Position numbers and translations under genes: made by a program
NCBI GenBank assembly: GCA_035084275.1
Contig: CM068748.1
Span: forward strand, 7,812,001 to 7,876,000
Source of the DNA: Hydrolagus colliei
Taxonomy: Eukaryota
Direction of reading: 5' to 3'
Length of the DNA: 64,000 nt
Notes under the pieces: generated by a model
Database searches by the model: none
Seen by the model: the letters and a program-made list of their open reading frames with translations, nothing else
What the model was told of the DNA's origin: nothing
Part shown: in pieces, positions 38,601 to 51,700 of the stretch
Layout of the letters: every line of letters begins with the position of its first letter
Numbering within the stretch: the stretch's first letter is position 1

Positions 38601-41227
38601 ATTAGAGATAGTAGTCCCAGGTTAGAGATTACACATAACCCAGGGGAAGAAAACATATGAGGCAGCCTGAGGCTGATCAGTGTTTAGTGATCCCTGCTAC
38701 TAAACCCTCTGGATGTTAGATGAGAGCACGATCAAGCTCAGCTATGTTTCTTTCTCCTCCCCCGAAATCACTGAATAGTCTACTGACACTCACACTCAAG
38801 GCTCATACATTAAGATGACAAGGTCTGGTGTCCGTGGAAATGTTGAGTCACTGCCTTCAAGAGAGTTGAAGACTTTTGCAAAGAAGAGAATAGACACTTC
38901 CTTATAATTTTGCATTTGATCATCGCATTGTCTGGTGTACATTTGAACCACATGTCTCAGATCTCAGATCATAAAAATGAGTTCTCTACAGATCAGGCTT
39001 TTTCAATGCTCCACTCATGTGAACAGCAATAATTGGTGCTTGGATCCTTTTTGGGGTTGCATGTCAAATAATATAATTTGCATACATATAGTTGCTATAT
39101 TCACCACAGCATGAATCCATACAATATTTTACACAGCGTAATATTCAGCAAATGCAAATCACAAAAAAAATCATCGGCAAAATGGAGCATAGTAAATCTG
39201 ATCCAATGGTACATTTATTTTCTTCTGATGTATCCTGGAATGTAACCTAGGTTCAAGTGCAATGCATCTTCAAAAAAACCAGACATGTTTTTTTTTGTCT
39301 GTGGTGATGAGTGGAAAAAGTAGATTTAGTTTGTTTGATTTCTCAGTTCAGCAATGCTATTTTGCTGCATGATTGCTTATCTAACCACGAGTGAACCAAT
39401 TTTAAGCATCAATTATACTGATGCCAATTCTACCATTGACATTGTGGATTTTAATTGTCTTGTCATGTAGCACATGCAGAAAAAAGGCTGTAAAGAGGTA
39501 TTCGGAGCAAGTAAATGTTGAGATCAATTTATACATTGAAAATTTGTTAACTCTGTGTAAGGAAACTTTGAAAGTCGAAGTGTTCTGAGACAAAGCAGTA
39601 GTCTGGAAAGACATTGAACTTGTGGAAAAATTTATTTCATTAAAACAGGACCTCACGAATGTTTTTTAAAAAAATATTTAGTTGTTCATTGTCTAGTGTT
39701 CAGACTGGCTGATACTGCACTGTATTACTAGAGGTTTTGTAGATGCATTTGTGTACAATTTATAGTTTTTTTTAATAAAGTGCAATGAAGTTCAACCCAC
39801 ATCCGATGACTAATGAAATTACACCTCCAAAGTTGCTTGCAGAGTATTGTGTGCTTGCAATGTTTCCTTGGACTGGTGAAAAATGCTTAAGTACAGGAAT
39901 GTGGACTGTAGATTGACCTGGTTTCTATATGTTTATTCAATATTCGTGTTGTAAATTAAAATTATTTCATAAGTGGACTAAACAATACACTTAATATTAT
40001 ATGTTAGGGTCATTTTTGGAAGAATTAATGTTATAGCATAAATTTGTTCTCATGGTTTCAAAGTCATATGGCACATCGATATTCATTTCCACCATTATAT
40101 TGTCTTTACTCTTGTCACTCAATGATTGTCGCATCAGATAGTTGTATTACTTTTTTAATACCTTATGATGATCATTTGTCTTTGTTTCTGTTTACAGCAA
40201 TTACTCAATGCTTGTTGATATTTTGGTAATAATGCTTACATTTGATACAGCGCACTTCACGTTGTATTTCACAAACTATGTAGTAAAGTGGAGTGATTGT
40301 CTCACCATTTACATTGCATACTATTTGGTATAGTTATTTACAACAGCAACAAAAAGGTGACCGAAAGCGTGGTTGAAAAGAAAGGTCTTTAGCTGTGAAC
40401 TGAAAATAGGAAAGGAGTGAGTACAGGAATCCCAGAGCCTCGAGGCGTAGTGGCTGAAGGCATTTCGCAACGAACATCAGAACCCACAACTAAATTGGTC
40501 AGCCTGTGTTCCATTCATATAAACAGCCATGATATTTATTTGTCTCCACATGTTTGCTTATAGCCTTTTCCTGCTTTTTAAAAATTATTTTAAAATGAAC
40601 AGAGGACATCATATATGTATGTGTAGCTGCACCTTCCGCTCCCTGAAACAAACTAATAGCCCTGGTGCCTTGTTGCAACCAAATACTAAATTGCTGACTG
40701 TAATGGAAATGTTACTATGTCACCTTTAAAAATACATTAACATAGAACGGAAAATTCAAATAAAGTCTGCAATGATTTTTTTAACTACCAGCCTGCAAGC
40801 AAATGAATCGATTAAACTGTGTTTGTAATTCGTCTTAAAGGGGAAATGTGACCTGTGTGGTATTTCAAGGGCACAGACCATAAAGCTGTTGTTGCTGAAA
40901 ATGAATTGAGGCAAACTATGTGGGCAAAAATGAATCCATGTTAGCTGTGGGCTGACAGTGAAGTGGTAGAGTGTATTCCATTTAGCTGTTGCCAGCAGAC
41001 TAACAAATCCATATCTTAAGTGCTGAATATTCAAGGGAATAGCTGTAATGAGCTTTCTCAAGTAATATTTGAACAAGTCTTCTCGTTAAAAACTGATTGA
41101 ATCAGTTGGAATGCAATCTGTACAACTCCTTTCTATTCACATTTAGACACCAAAGTTCCTTATTGATGATTGGAAGTTGATGTCCTTTTACACTGTTGTT
41201 CCTATTTGAAGAGTTGCCCTAACAGTT

Positions 41228-41810
41228 AAGAACATAAGAACATAAGAATTAGGAGCAGGAGTAGGCCATTCGTCCCTTCGAGCCTGCTCCGCCATTCAAT
41301 AAGATCATGGCTGATCTTCTCACCTAACTCTGATTACCTGCCCTATCCCTGTATCCCCTAATCCCTCTATTTTTCAAAAATCTATCAGTCTCAGCCTTGA
41401 AAATATTCAAGGACTGAGCATCTACAGCCTTCTGGGGTAGTGAATTCCATAAATTCACTACCCTCTGAGTGAAGAAATGTTTCCTCAACTCTGTTCTAAA
41501 AGGCTGACCCTTAATTTTAAGACTGTGACCCCCTAGTTATAGATTCTCCTACCAGGGGAAACAGTCCCTCAGTGTCTACTTTATCTAGCCCTTTACGAAT
41601 CTTATATGTTTCAATAAGATCCCCCCTAATTCTTCTGTACTCTAGAGAATACAGCCCTAGTTTATTCAACCTATCCTCATAGGTCAGTCCCCTCATCCCA
41701 GGAACTAACCTAGTGAATCTAATCTGCACCCTCTCTAAGGCAAGTATGTCCTTTTTTAAATAAGGAGACCAAAACTGCACACAATACTCTAGGTGCAGTC
41801 TCACCAAAGC
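41228..41810 (-). mobile_element. CR1 LINE 3' fragment (TTCTTATG-tail family)
   Basis: aagaacataagaacataagaa tail. ORF 41517-41807 translates VRLHLEYCVQFWSPYLKKDILALERVQIRFTRLVPGMRGLTYEDRLNKLGLYSLEYRRIRGDLIETYKI, canonical CR1 ORF2. Confidence 0.93.
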
Positions 41811-41989
41811 TTCACCAGCAGAGAGTTCAAATGGATCCTTCTCAAAAGTCGTATATTCTTGGTCCTGTAAGAATTTTATTGAATATGTTCAACCTTAGAA
41901 CTGCGTTTGCTGCACCCAAGTTCTTGAATCGTGGAGGTGGGGTGGGTGGGTGGGTGGGAGAGTGGGTGGGCAGGATACAAACACACAAA

Positions 41990-42350
41990 CAGGCATAGGC
42001 CATTCATTCCTTCAAGCCTGTTCATTCTGTAAGATCATGGCTGATCTCAACTCCAATTACCCACCCTTAACATCCCTTGATACCCTGACTTAACATATAC
42101 CTGACCACTGCTGTCTTGAAAATATGAATGGATCCACAGCTTTTTGAGCTGGAGAGGTACAGATTTCTACTACTCTCTGCCTCCTGATTTCACTCCTAAA
42201 TGACCTACCTCTAATTTTAAGAATATGGCCCTTTGTTCTAGATTCCTCAACTAGATTTGTATCTTTATCTGTATCTACTCAATCAAATCTCTTTATTATT
42301 TTAAAAACCTCCATCAGATCACTCGTCAAACATTCTAAACTGAAGAGAAT
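41990..42350 (-). mobile_element. Older copy of the same CR1 3' end
   Basis: taggccattcattccttcaagcctg...aagatcatggctgatct parallels 41262-41316. Confidence 0.75.
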
Positions 42351-43254
42351 AGAGACAGCAACAAGAATTTGCATTTATATAGCGCCCTCCATGCCAGACG
42401 GAGACCAAGTTTATGCAATTTATTGCGGGATGGAATTCCAAAGGTTGGTGGCAGAGTGGCTGAAGACTCAGGGCATGTGGAGCAGGCTGGAGCCTTTTTA
42501 AACATAAAAGCTGTATGACTTTTGTCACTTCTTAGTTGGTTTTGTGCAAAAACTGGAATGAAGATCTTTAATTCATTTTATTGTGCGTTTTTGTTTGATA
42601 AATGCATATATTGTATCTTGAATTCATAACTCAGCCAAATCGCCAGACTTTTCTTGCCCCTTCATTAGCTGGAACTGATGCAATGGCTACAACATGTCCA
42701 CTGTGAATACTGTACAGACCAAGCAGCATGTCGATTGCGATTATGTCATCTGCGGTGCTGTTTCCCATCCCGCTGTGCTTGGAGTAGCAGACCTGGTGAT
42801 TTTAGGTGAGCAGTTCTGTCATTTTACTAACAAATGTAGCCGTTCCCGGAGAGGAAGTTCGGACTCCTGAATGCTGCTTCACATTAGCGTCCAAGTCACT
42901 CCATCTGTAATTTCATGTCTGCCAATAAATGTATAACTGAGTGCTTCTCTTAATAGAACGAGTTAAATCAAAATATCTTTGTACGGATATCCAGATTTAG
43001 ACTTGGGAGATGTGAAGCATTCCTGAATTGTGCACAGCAACTAAAAGAAAAATAAACTTTGCATGTCCAGTACAGTTGCAGTATTCCTGTACATGCATCA
43101 CAGGTTGCGTAATTCATTGCTATGAGCAACAAAAGATATGTCCACATTCTGTCAAAATGTCTTGAGTCTTTGTAGAACAGATTTTGTTTTGACAATCAAA
43201 GGTAAGTAAAATTTGAACTGCTAAAAATAATGGGCGGAATGGATTTTGATTACA

Positions 43255-43390
43255 AACACAAAGTACTGTACTGCAGATGCTAGAAATCTAAGATAAAAAC
43301 AGAAATTGCTGGCAACACTCAGCTGGTCAGGCAGCATCTATGGAGAAAGGAAAGTGAGTCAACGTTTCGGGTCCACAGCCCTTCGTCAGA
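43255..43390 (-). mobile_element. Penelope-like element terminal fragment with hammerhead core
   Basis: ctgcagatgctagaaatct...aacactcagctggtcaggcagcatctatggag...aacgtttcgggtccacagcccttcgtcaga is the common shark Penelope terminus (recalled). Minus strand has CTGACGA...GAAACGTT. Confidence 0.75.
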
Positions 43391-45749
43391 TTTTGATTAA
43401 TTTGCTGAAACTTTAGTCAAAACAAAATAAAGTAAATGGTCAAGCAGAGATGGGCTAAGTGCCAGAATGCCACAAGGATGAATCCTTGCTTCTGATAGCT
43501 TCAGTTTCACCAGCAGGAACTTTACTCACTTTTTTGATGTCAGTTCCAGCAGTAAAGTGATTGGAAGCAGAGAACCCTAATTTATGCTTCCTGTTCCTAA
43601 TGGCATTGGCCAGGGGCTGAGGAGAGCTCTGCACATGCTAAGCGGTGTTTGCTTTTCACTGTCCCGTGAAAGGCTCTTTAATAACTTTAGAAAGTGGTCC
43701 CAAGAAGTTTTGAAGAATATTTTCCGAATGGAATCTGAATGCATCCACGCAGCTGGGTGTAGTCACCAGCAACTGCGTGTACAAAACAGAGGTACAAATA
43801 GATGGGCTCTTCAAACGATTTCTTCACAATCATCTCAGTGATCATATTCCAGTACGATTTGCTTTTGGATCGTCTTTTTTTTATGTGATTGGCAGCTCCT
43901 TATGTTACGAAGTGGCTACGTTGCCGCATGAACCCACACGTAGCTAGTAAGCTGTAATATAACAACAACAAAATTACATTTGCATTGCACCTTTCACATC
44001 TTGAGGATGTCCCAGTATAACCAGACTTCCTAACCTCTTGACTTTTCTATATTGTAAGGATTTTTTTTAACAAACATTAAGAAAGTTATCTTTTTCTTTT
44101 ATCAAATGGTATCAGTTGAATTTACATTCCTTCTGAAATTGTGCTCACGTCAACTCGAGAGTATGAAATCATCAACTAAAGTGTAAACCTTTCAAATTTT
44201 TGTCTAATTCTGAGCTCAAAATTTGTGGTGATTGAGGAAGACATTTCATTGAGGCATTTGATCCCAATTAGTAATAAGTATTACTGTATTTGGTACCATA
44301 CGGTGAAGGAGAATCTAAGCAGTTCTCAACCCAGATTACCAGGGAAACAGATGCAAACTCAGGGTTAAACTACCAGGGGAAATGGACACTTAACCTGACA
44401 CTGGACTGCCAGAGATCAGATGTCTCCCCGCTGTTTCACCAGCAATACTATACCCTTCATCTTACCGCAAAGTACAGTAGTAAGTAAACCAGAACAAAAG
44501 TATTTTCCACATTGCTCTAATCCTTTCCCTGACGTAAATTTAACATTGGGAGATTTAGCTAGAGAATAATGAAAAAAATACAACATTCACTTTCACGTGT
44601 TGAATACTTTGTTCCTGTTGATTGAATACTAAGCAACATTCTCTACTACCTCTTTTTTTTGCAGTCCCTATCCAGACTGATGTGATACCAGTTGAGTTTT
44701 TTAGTGCTTAGATTAATGCACATGTATGTATCTACTGTGTTACCACAAGAACAGCTTGCACTTGTAAAGCTCCTTTCACATTGGGAGGACGTCCCAAATC
44801 ATGAGTGTTCACCCACTACCTGGTTACTGTTTTGCCTGTTGAACGTACCTGCTAGTGCTTATTGTTCAAAATAAAGTTGTATTTTAACGGTTGATGAAAC
44901 TGTATTTGAAATAAAAATGAGTGACAGATTAAGCCAGCTAACTGAGATATAGGGAAGTGAGATGGTTTCAATTTTCCATTTGCCCTTGATTTAGTTTCCT
45001 CTGGTCATGAGATTCTCATGGTGCCTTAAATGAAATGCAGAAAGGGCAAGTCACACCATGGAAGATCATATGCCTGGGTATGTTCAGCATCAGGACCAGA
45101 GTTAGTATTTCAGCATCTTTGCTAAAATGCTAGCAGCTTTGGTAAGGTAAAGAACTTGTATTAAGAAAGTTATGGCCTGCTGGCACTTTGTTTAGGGCTG
45201 AACAAATTATCTAATTTTCAAGTGAAAAACAATGAGAGCCTATAAGTCATGTGTTTTAAATCCAATACTTTGTCAAAGTTCCTATTGTTTATATCTGCAT
45301 TACTAACAGTTACAGTACATATATATTCTAACTTTCAATTTTACAACAATTGTAATTGGTTAAATTCAGAGCTATTCGGCACTGCTTTCTGTTTGATTAG
45401 CCACCACCTTAATATTATCATCCTTATTGCATGATTTTCCAACGTAATGTGAAAAAAAAGTTTTCTCGCAGTTTGACTTTTGTGTTTGACAGACTGATTC
45501 CCCAAAGTATTCTTGTGAACTGTTCTTGAAATCCATGGGGTTATTATGGAACAGAAACATTACAATCTGCTTTGTTTAAAAATGCACTTAGCCTGTTTTA
45601 TATGGTAGCTTTATTATCATTGGTACAATTTTCTTTTTTTTCAGTAACCTCTCAGAAAGGATTAGCAATAGTTCCCACAAGTACAATCCTTCCAACTGTG
45701 AGCTTTGAGCCTGTGCTTATGCTTACCAGGCTTTGCTGAGCATATGCCT

Positions 45750-45766
45750 GGGGGGGGGGGGGGGGG
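45750..45766 (+). repeat. G17 homopolymer (G-quadruplex-capable)
   Basis: 17 consecutive G. Confidence 0.9.
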
Positions 45767-48700
45767 TTAACAATTACCTTGCACTAATTGTTCTGCGTAC
45801 TGGATTTTACATGGTCACGTGCTGCATTACCAAATCTCTGTGACAAGGCAACTAGTACCACCCAGGAGCTTACTGACTAAACACATATGCTGTACTGATT
45901 TTATTTACAATAAAATGTAACAATTAACAATGCTATAGACTTAGAGAATGGTCTTAACGGATAATTTACTCGCTAAATCCATTAAACTCCTGATAACTCG
46001 CCCCTGGCTTAACTTGTCACTTCCATTTTAGTCATCAAGCAGTCGATATCCCAGCGCATTAATTTATGTATTTAAACATATAACTAACTCTAGATAACTT
46101 ATCACTGAGCACTGTTCCTTTGAAGTGGCAAGTTATCAGTTTACTGTGGTGCTTTTTGAACTTTTTAATAGCTTTTAACTTTAGATTAAATGATTTATTA
46201 TATTAAAAATAGCATTAACAGTGTTTTGCTATTTTTTCTCCTCCTTGCATTTTTGGATTCATCAACTTTCTATGGAACTAGCATTTCTGTGGCATTCTTT
46301 GCCACATGAAACTATTAATGTCAAATGAATCTCTGTATACTGAACAGTAGTTTTGGGCAGATTATTTGCATTTAGCTCATTATTAGCTCAGCACCATGGG
46401 ACATCCTCCCAACATGAAAGGCACTCCACAAATATAATTTTGTTGTTGTTGTAGTACATTATGGTACATTTACACATATATCAGTCTAAGGTATTCACTG
46501 TTAATTTACAGTTGAACTTATAATATGAGGCATGAAGTCTGGTAAAATTCAATTCCTGGCAGAAAAGACCTTTATTGTGAGGTCTAGATCTGCTGTTTAC
46601 AAATCTGCCAGTGAATATCACAAATTATACTCCAGTTTTTAAAGTCTTTTTTGTATTTGAATCTTTTTTTTGTTACTGATGTTTATGGTCACTGTGAGAA
46701 TATAAATTGCTGCAGGATGTGGTTTGTAGAAACTGGACACAACTACATCCCTTAGTCTGACTCATGAGAAAGAATGAAGAGTTCCAAACTTTATAGATCA
46801 TTGGTGAGGTGAATCTTGCGTTCGCTCCGGGAATCTACCCTGTGTGAACTGCGCTACATAAATTCAAATTGTTGCTGTTTAGCACCTTGCCCGATCTTCA
46901 TTAGTGTGGATTCAGAGAACAGCAGCAAGAAAGGGGTAGGGTCAATTCCATGTGTTCATTATAAGTGTTACCTTGATACACACAATCGTTTTTTTTTCAT
47001 TACTGCTTGCTTAGGTTTGTGTTTCTTTCAATGACTAGATCAGAAAAAACACCAAATGGATGGTGACTATTCTTGCTTGTATTTTATTTCAAATTGGTTA
47101 ACTAAGTGCAAATTCTGTATTTACTAAACACAAACTATGGGTTTGGCGTACCGCTGATAGGGTACAGATGTATAGTTAATCTAATGTGTATTCTCAAGAG
47201 CATTCTAAGCAGAAAGTGCTATCATTATGCTATATTTTATCATTGGCAGAGGTCAGGGAGCTATAAGTTAACCACATCTTGGCTGCTGTTAATCTGTGAT
47301 TCACAGAGACCAGAAGAAAAGGGGGGAAATGTGTTTTGTACTTACGTTTTAAAAAATAAGTTTTGCACAAGGATGCTGATGCTCTAATTCAGATCACAGC
47401 TATCCCTCAGCTCACATTCTGACATATTTTATAATTATATTAAAACTACACTGCCTGTCCAGAGAAACTTCATTTCAGTCTCTGGGCTTTTAGAGCTTGT
47501 ATATCTAAAGATTCTGTAAGGTTGGAAAACCTGGAATCTGCCTGGTGAGTTTCTCAACTAGGACCTGCCTGTTAGGGCTTTCGCTTGTAGAATTACCAGG
47601 CGCTGAATGTGAGGAATACCTGCCGCAAAATGTATCTACAGCAAAGGAAGAAAGAAAGGCTATTTATCTCAGCCCATCTTCACTCAGAAAACTAATTGTT
47701 ACAGAGACTTTAAAAACAGGAACTCCAACAGGCCAACTAAGAATCTGAAGAAGTATCAAAGCAGTTAATTTAAATGTTCTATCTGATAAATAAAAATCCT
47801 TGCATTTGACATAACTCTGTTAATGTCTTCTCGATGTCTCAAAGCTGTGTATTTTGCGGGCGAAACACTAACGACGAGAAATAAAGCAGAGGACCAATTT
47901 ATCATGTGCTATAAATATTTGATAACCCAAATCTGTATTGGTTAAAGTGAGGTTGACACCCGAATAGAAACAGGCCTAACAGACGTAATGAACTGACAAA
48001 CCTGAGAAATTCTGAATGAAAAGAAGCTTGAACTTTTGTCCTTGCCCTCTGCATTTCTATTGATATTTCAGCTGCTGCTTTGGGAAGAGTAATCCTTATA
48101 CTGGCAGTTGATGGAACTGAGGAAGGACCTCTTGAGTTTGGCAGAGGCCTGCAGTTTCCTGTACTGAGAATTCTATTTCCTCAAGAGGCTCTTGTAAGTG
48201 GATACATGTCAAAACTATCAGAGATGGTCTTGCTTTGGTGTAAATGCATTGAACAGAGTATTATTAGAGGTGGTTCAGAGCAGGGTGGGTGAGAGAACTG
48301 CCTTTAGATAACGTTAAAGCAGAACCAAGTGATGGTAGAATAGTGATGTGTTCCAGGTCACAGCACAGATGGTTAGGTTTATCTCTACAGCTTGAACTTT
48401 TTGGCTCGATGTGTATACATTTTACAGTGTTGCTGCTTGAAGCCCTATAAAAATGGCTACTCAGATCCTATTATCAGTTACCTTTCAGTTGGATAAGCAG
48501 ATGCCAAAGCAATTATCTGCACAGATGCATAAGCACACAATGCTGTGAAGGCACAGGTTAAAAATCCTGGCTATGGGTCAATTTCAAGCATACCACAGCT
48601 TCTTTAGTGGAAGCCTGGATTTTTTTTAGGAATTGCTACTCCACAAGCTAACTGCTCTAATGCCAGTTGTCACTGCAGAGAATGAACCACTGTAAGTGTG

Positions 48701-51700
48701 AAGGGCAGAGATCAACTCACTGCATACAATGAGAATAATTCCATGACTTAACATTACAGAAAGAGTAAAGAGAATGGAGCAGGAAATGCCTGCCTTTTCT
48801 AGGCATTGCGGGGCATAGCTTGGGGGCGGGGGTGAGGGGTGGGGGTAAAGGAGATCAAATATTAGACTAGATCGCTGCTCTCATTTCAACTGGTAGACTA
48901 CAAATGTAAGATAGGAGAGGGATGGGCTGTAGCACTTAGAATAGTGAATGTGTAATGGGTCTAAGCACACATTATTTTTAAATTCCCTTATCGGTTTGTT
49001 TTGATGTTAGATCTACTTTGAATCAGTATATGAGACAGCCTCTGCTCAAAAGAATCATTGTATATACCATTCATGCTGTGTTGTTTCCGATGTCTACGTT
49101 GTGTCCATGTAAGAAATTTGTGGTCTGAGTTAGAAAACGATGGCTGTTTTGATACCAGCATAAATGTCTTGCAATAGGAAATATGTTCCCTATCTGCAGA
49201 TTTTGTACAGATGTGACCCCAGAGACAGCTGGCAGCCAGCCCTTTCTGGAAGTTTCTAAAACATTGATGGCGAAAGGCAAAAATAAAGTCAAGACTCTAT
49301 GGAATAAAACGATTCCTCCTGGAGCCACATACATTATGCTGCGTGCGGGAAGATCTGTGAGACAATATGTGGATGGAAGTGACTTCATCATTAAGGATTG
49401 CTGAAAGAGCGAGAGAGATTGCTGCCTCTTCCACTTGATTTGTATGACACAGATGATTCTTAAATATTGTCAAGGAACAAAAACAGAAATGTAAAAGGAG
49501 GACATTTTGATAAGCTTGTGTTTGTTGGTAAATATCAGTGAAAATCACTTAGGCTGTGGACATGGAACATAAAGTGCTATTTCATGAGATTGCTCCCAAC
49601 AGGCTAGTCTGGAATAAACACCTGAGTGTTCTATGCCTTCCACATGACCCGCACACTCTGAACTTGTTAGAACCAAAAAATGATAAATATTTGCTCTCAT
49701 TAACAGTTACAGCTGGAGTTACACCCATCAATGATCTGAATTGTGTACAATTCAAACATATTGTTTTCCTGTCAAGAGCATTTATTCACGGGGGGGGGTT
49801 TGTGAAAAAGAATTTAATAATTAGCAGCCTTATGTAATTTTAATAGTGTAGATTTTCTTTAGAGAGTCAGAGAGAGAGAGAGAGAATAAAATAAAGGTCT
49901 GATAACAACAGAGGGAATAAAGAATGATGATCGCAAGGAGGTGAGAAGGAAATAATAGAGGAAAACCACTTCCTTGGATCAGGCTTTCTATGAAGAGATT
50001 GTGGAGTGCACAGATTGAAAGAGGCCATATGGGAGGGGAGACAGATCATGTGATGTAACAGGAAGCATTAAAGCACCCTCTCAATCTAAACTATCTTGCA
50101 GGAATGATAAACTATGTATTTATCCCTCCGTGTATATAAAGTACACAGTGGGAAACGGTTGAATGGCAAGCTTACTTCACTCATGAAGCAGGAGCTTTGA
50201 AACGTTTTCGCTTGCCTGAAAGGTGCTATATGTGAAAATTATTTTGAATTTTGTATCTTACTCATGGAATAACATCTCTACATTGATTTCAATTGAAGAG
50301 ATTCTAAATGTCACTTGCGTGATAGCGTTCAGAGTACTGATACTCCTACCCAAGCTGAACCTCCAAAAAATCAAATACGATGAGCAAGCAATGAAATGCA
50401 GACTGCTCTCCATTAATGGATGTTCATACATTTGAAAATCAATACAATGATATTGATGGACTTGCTAAAGATGCATTATAAACCACACATTATGCATTTT
50501 GTTACAGCATTTTATTTTTGTCTGCTGCAGTATTCTGGTTTAAGATGTATCTATTTTTTTCCCACCCTATTAGAATCACTGAAAAGCTTTTAAAGGGGCT
50601 CCATCTCCTTGATAAAGTGTTTGGGAAACCCATTGGTGGTTTTGAACCAAATGAAGAAATTAGATTGTCATGCATCATTTTGGTATCACTTGCTGGTTCT
50701 TTTCTTTGCAACTAAAAAGGTTTAGAAAGCTAAGATCATATGACATTATTCCAAAAAGGCCAAAAAGTGATTACTCACTTTACCGTTGTTTGTTGGACAT
50801 TGCTGTCCACAAAATTCCTGCTGCTGTCAACTGTAAAATTTTATAAAGTGTAGCAACACAGTTACAAAATGTCCTGTGAAGCACTTTGTGACTTCCTCCT
50901 GACGTAAAAGGTGCTATACCAAATGTAAGGATTATTTATTTATTATAAATGAAAAGATAAGTTTTTAATCAGAAAATTGGTCCCTTTACTACTTATATAC
51001 AGCTATGCAATTACTCTATAACCAAAGTTCATTTGTTTATTTTCTTCAAAGAACAATTGTCTGAAGGTTTTTACCTTCTTCACAAGCATCCATGAATAAA
51101 ATAGTATGCTTTGTTCAGAATGTACCGTATTTTTATCAGTGTGACTGATCTATATTTAAACCGTTTAAAATTGTGCAGTTTTTAACCGCACTTTAACTGT
51201 ACAAATATTTATTACAGTGTCAGTGTACCTTAGTTGATTAAAAATGTTCACCTCTGGTCAGAAGATTGCAGATTAATGAGTCATTCACACCAAGGATACT
51301 TGAGGGAGTCTACTGATATGAATGAATGGCTCCTGCGTTTGCCTACAAAAAGAGCGGCTGAGTGCACTTGGTAACTGTAACTTGTGAGACATTTTGGCGT
51401 GCTGTGAAAATGTCTCATTTTTTTTTACGTGTATTTTAATTGTGCACATATTGGAATTCAAATATTATGCAAATTGTCACATTCTAGCCATATTCTGTTC
51501 TTAATCAAAGTCCTCACAAATATATATTTCCTGCAGGAGTCACCTCATTGGCTGCCTGCCACAGTTTCACTTGCTGACCAACAGACCAACCATTCTTTTG
51601 GAGTGAGAGCAGCCCATTCATTTTAAACCTGCAACCTAGTTTAATGCTATAAAGTCCCTTTTGTGTGCAGCGTGCAGAAAGTGATGTTGGTGGTCACCTG

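Noticed and set aside
43199-43207. Perfect donor AAG|GTAAGT in intron 4
   Set aside because: No convincing upstream acceptor or exon; expected by chance.
49183-49404. 73-aa ORF with protein-like composition
   Set aside because: No recognisable family, no splice signals and no promoter evidence.
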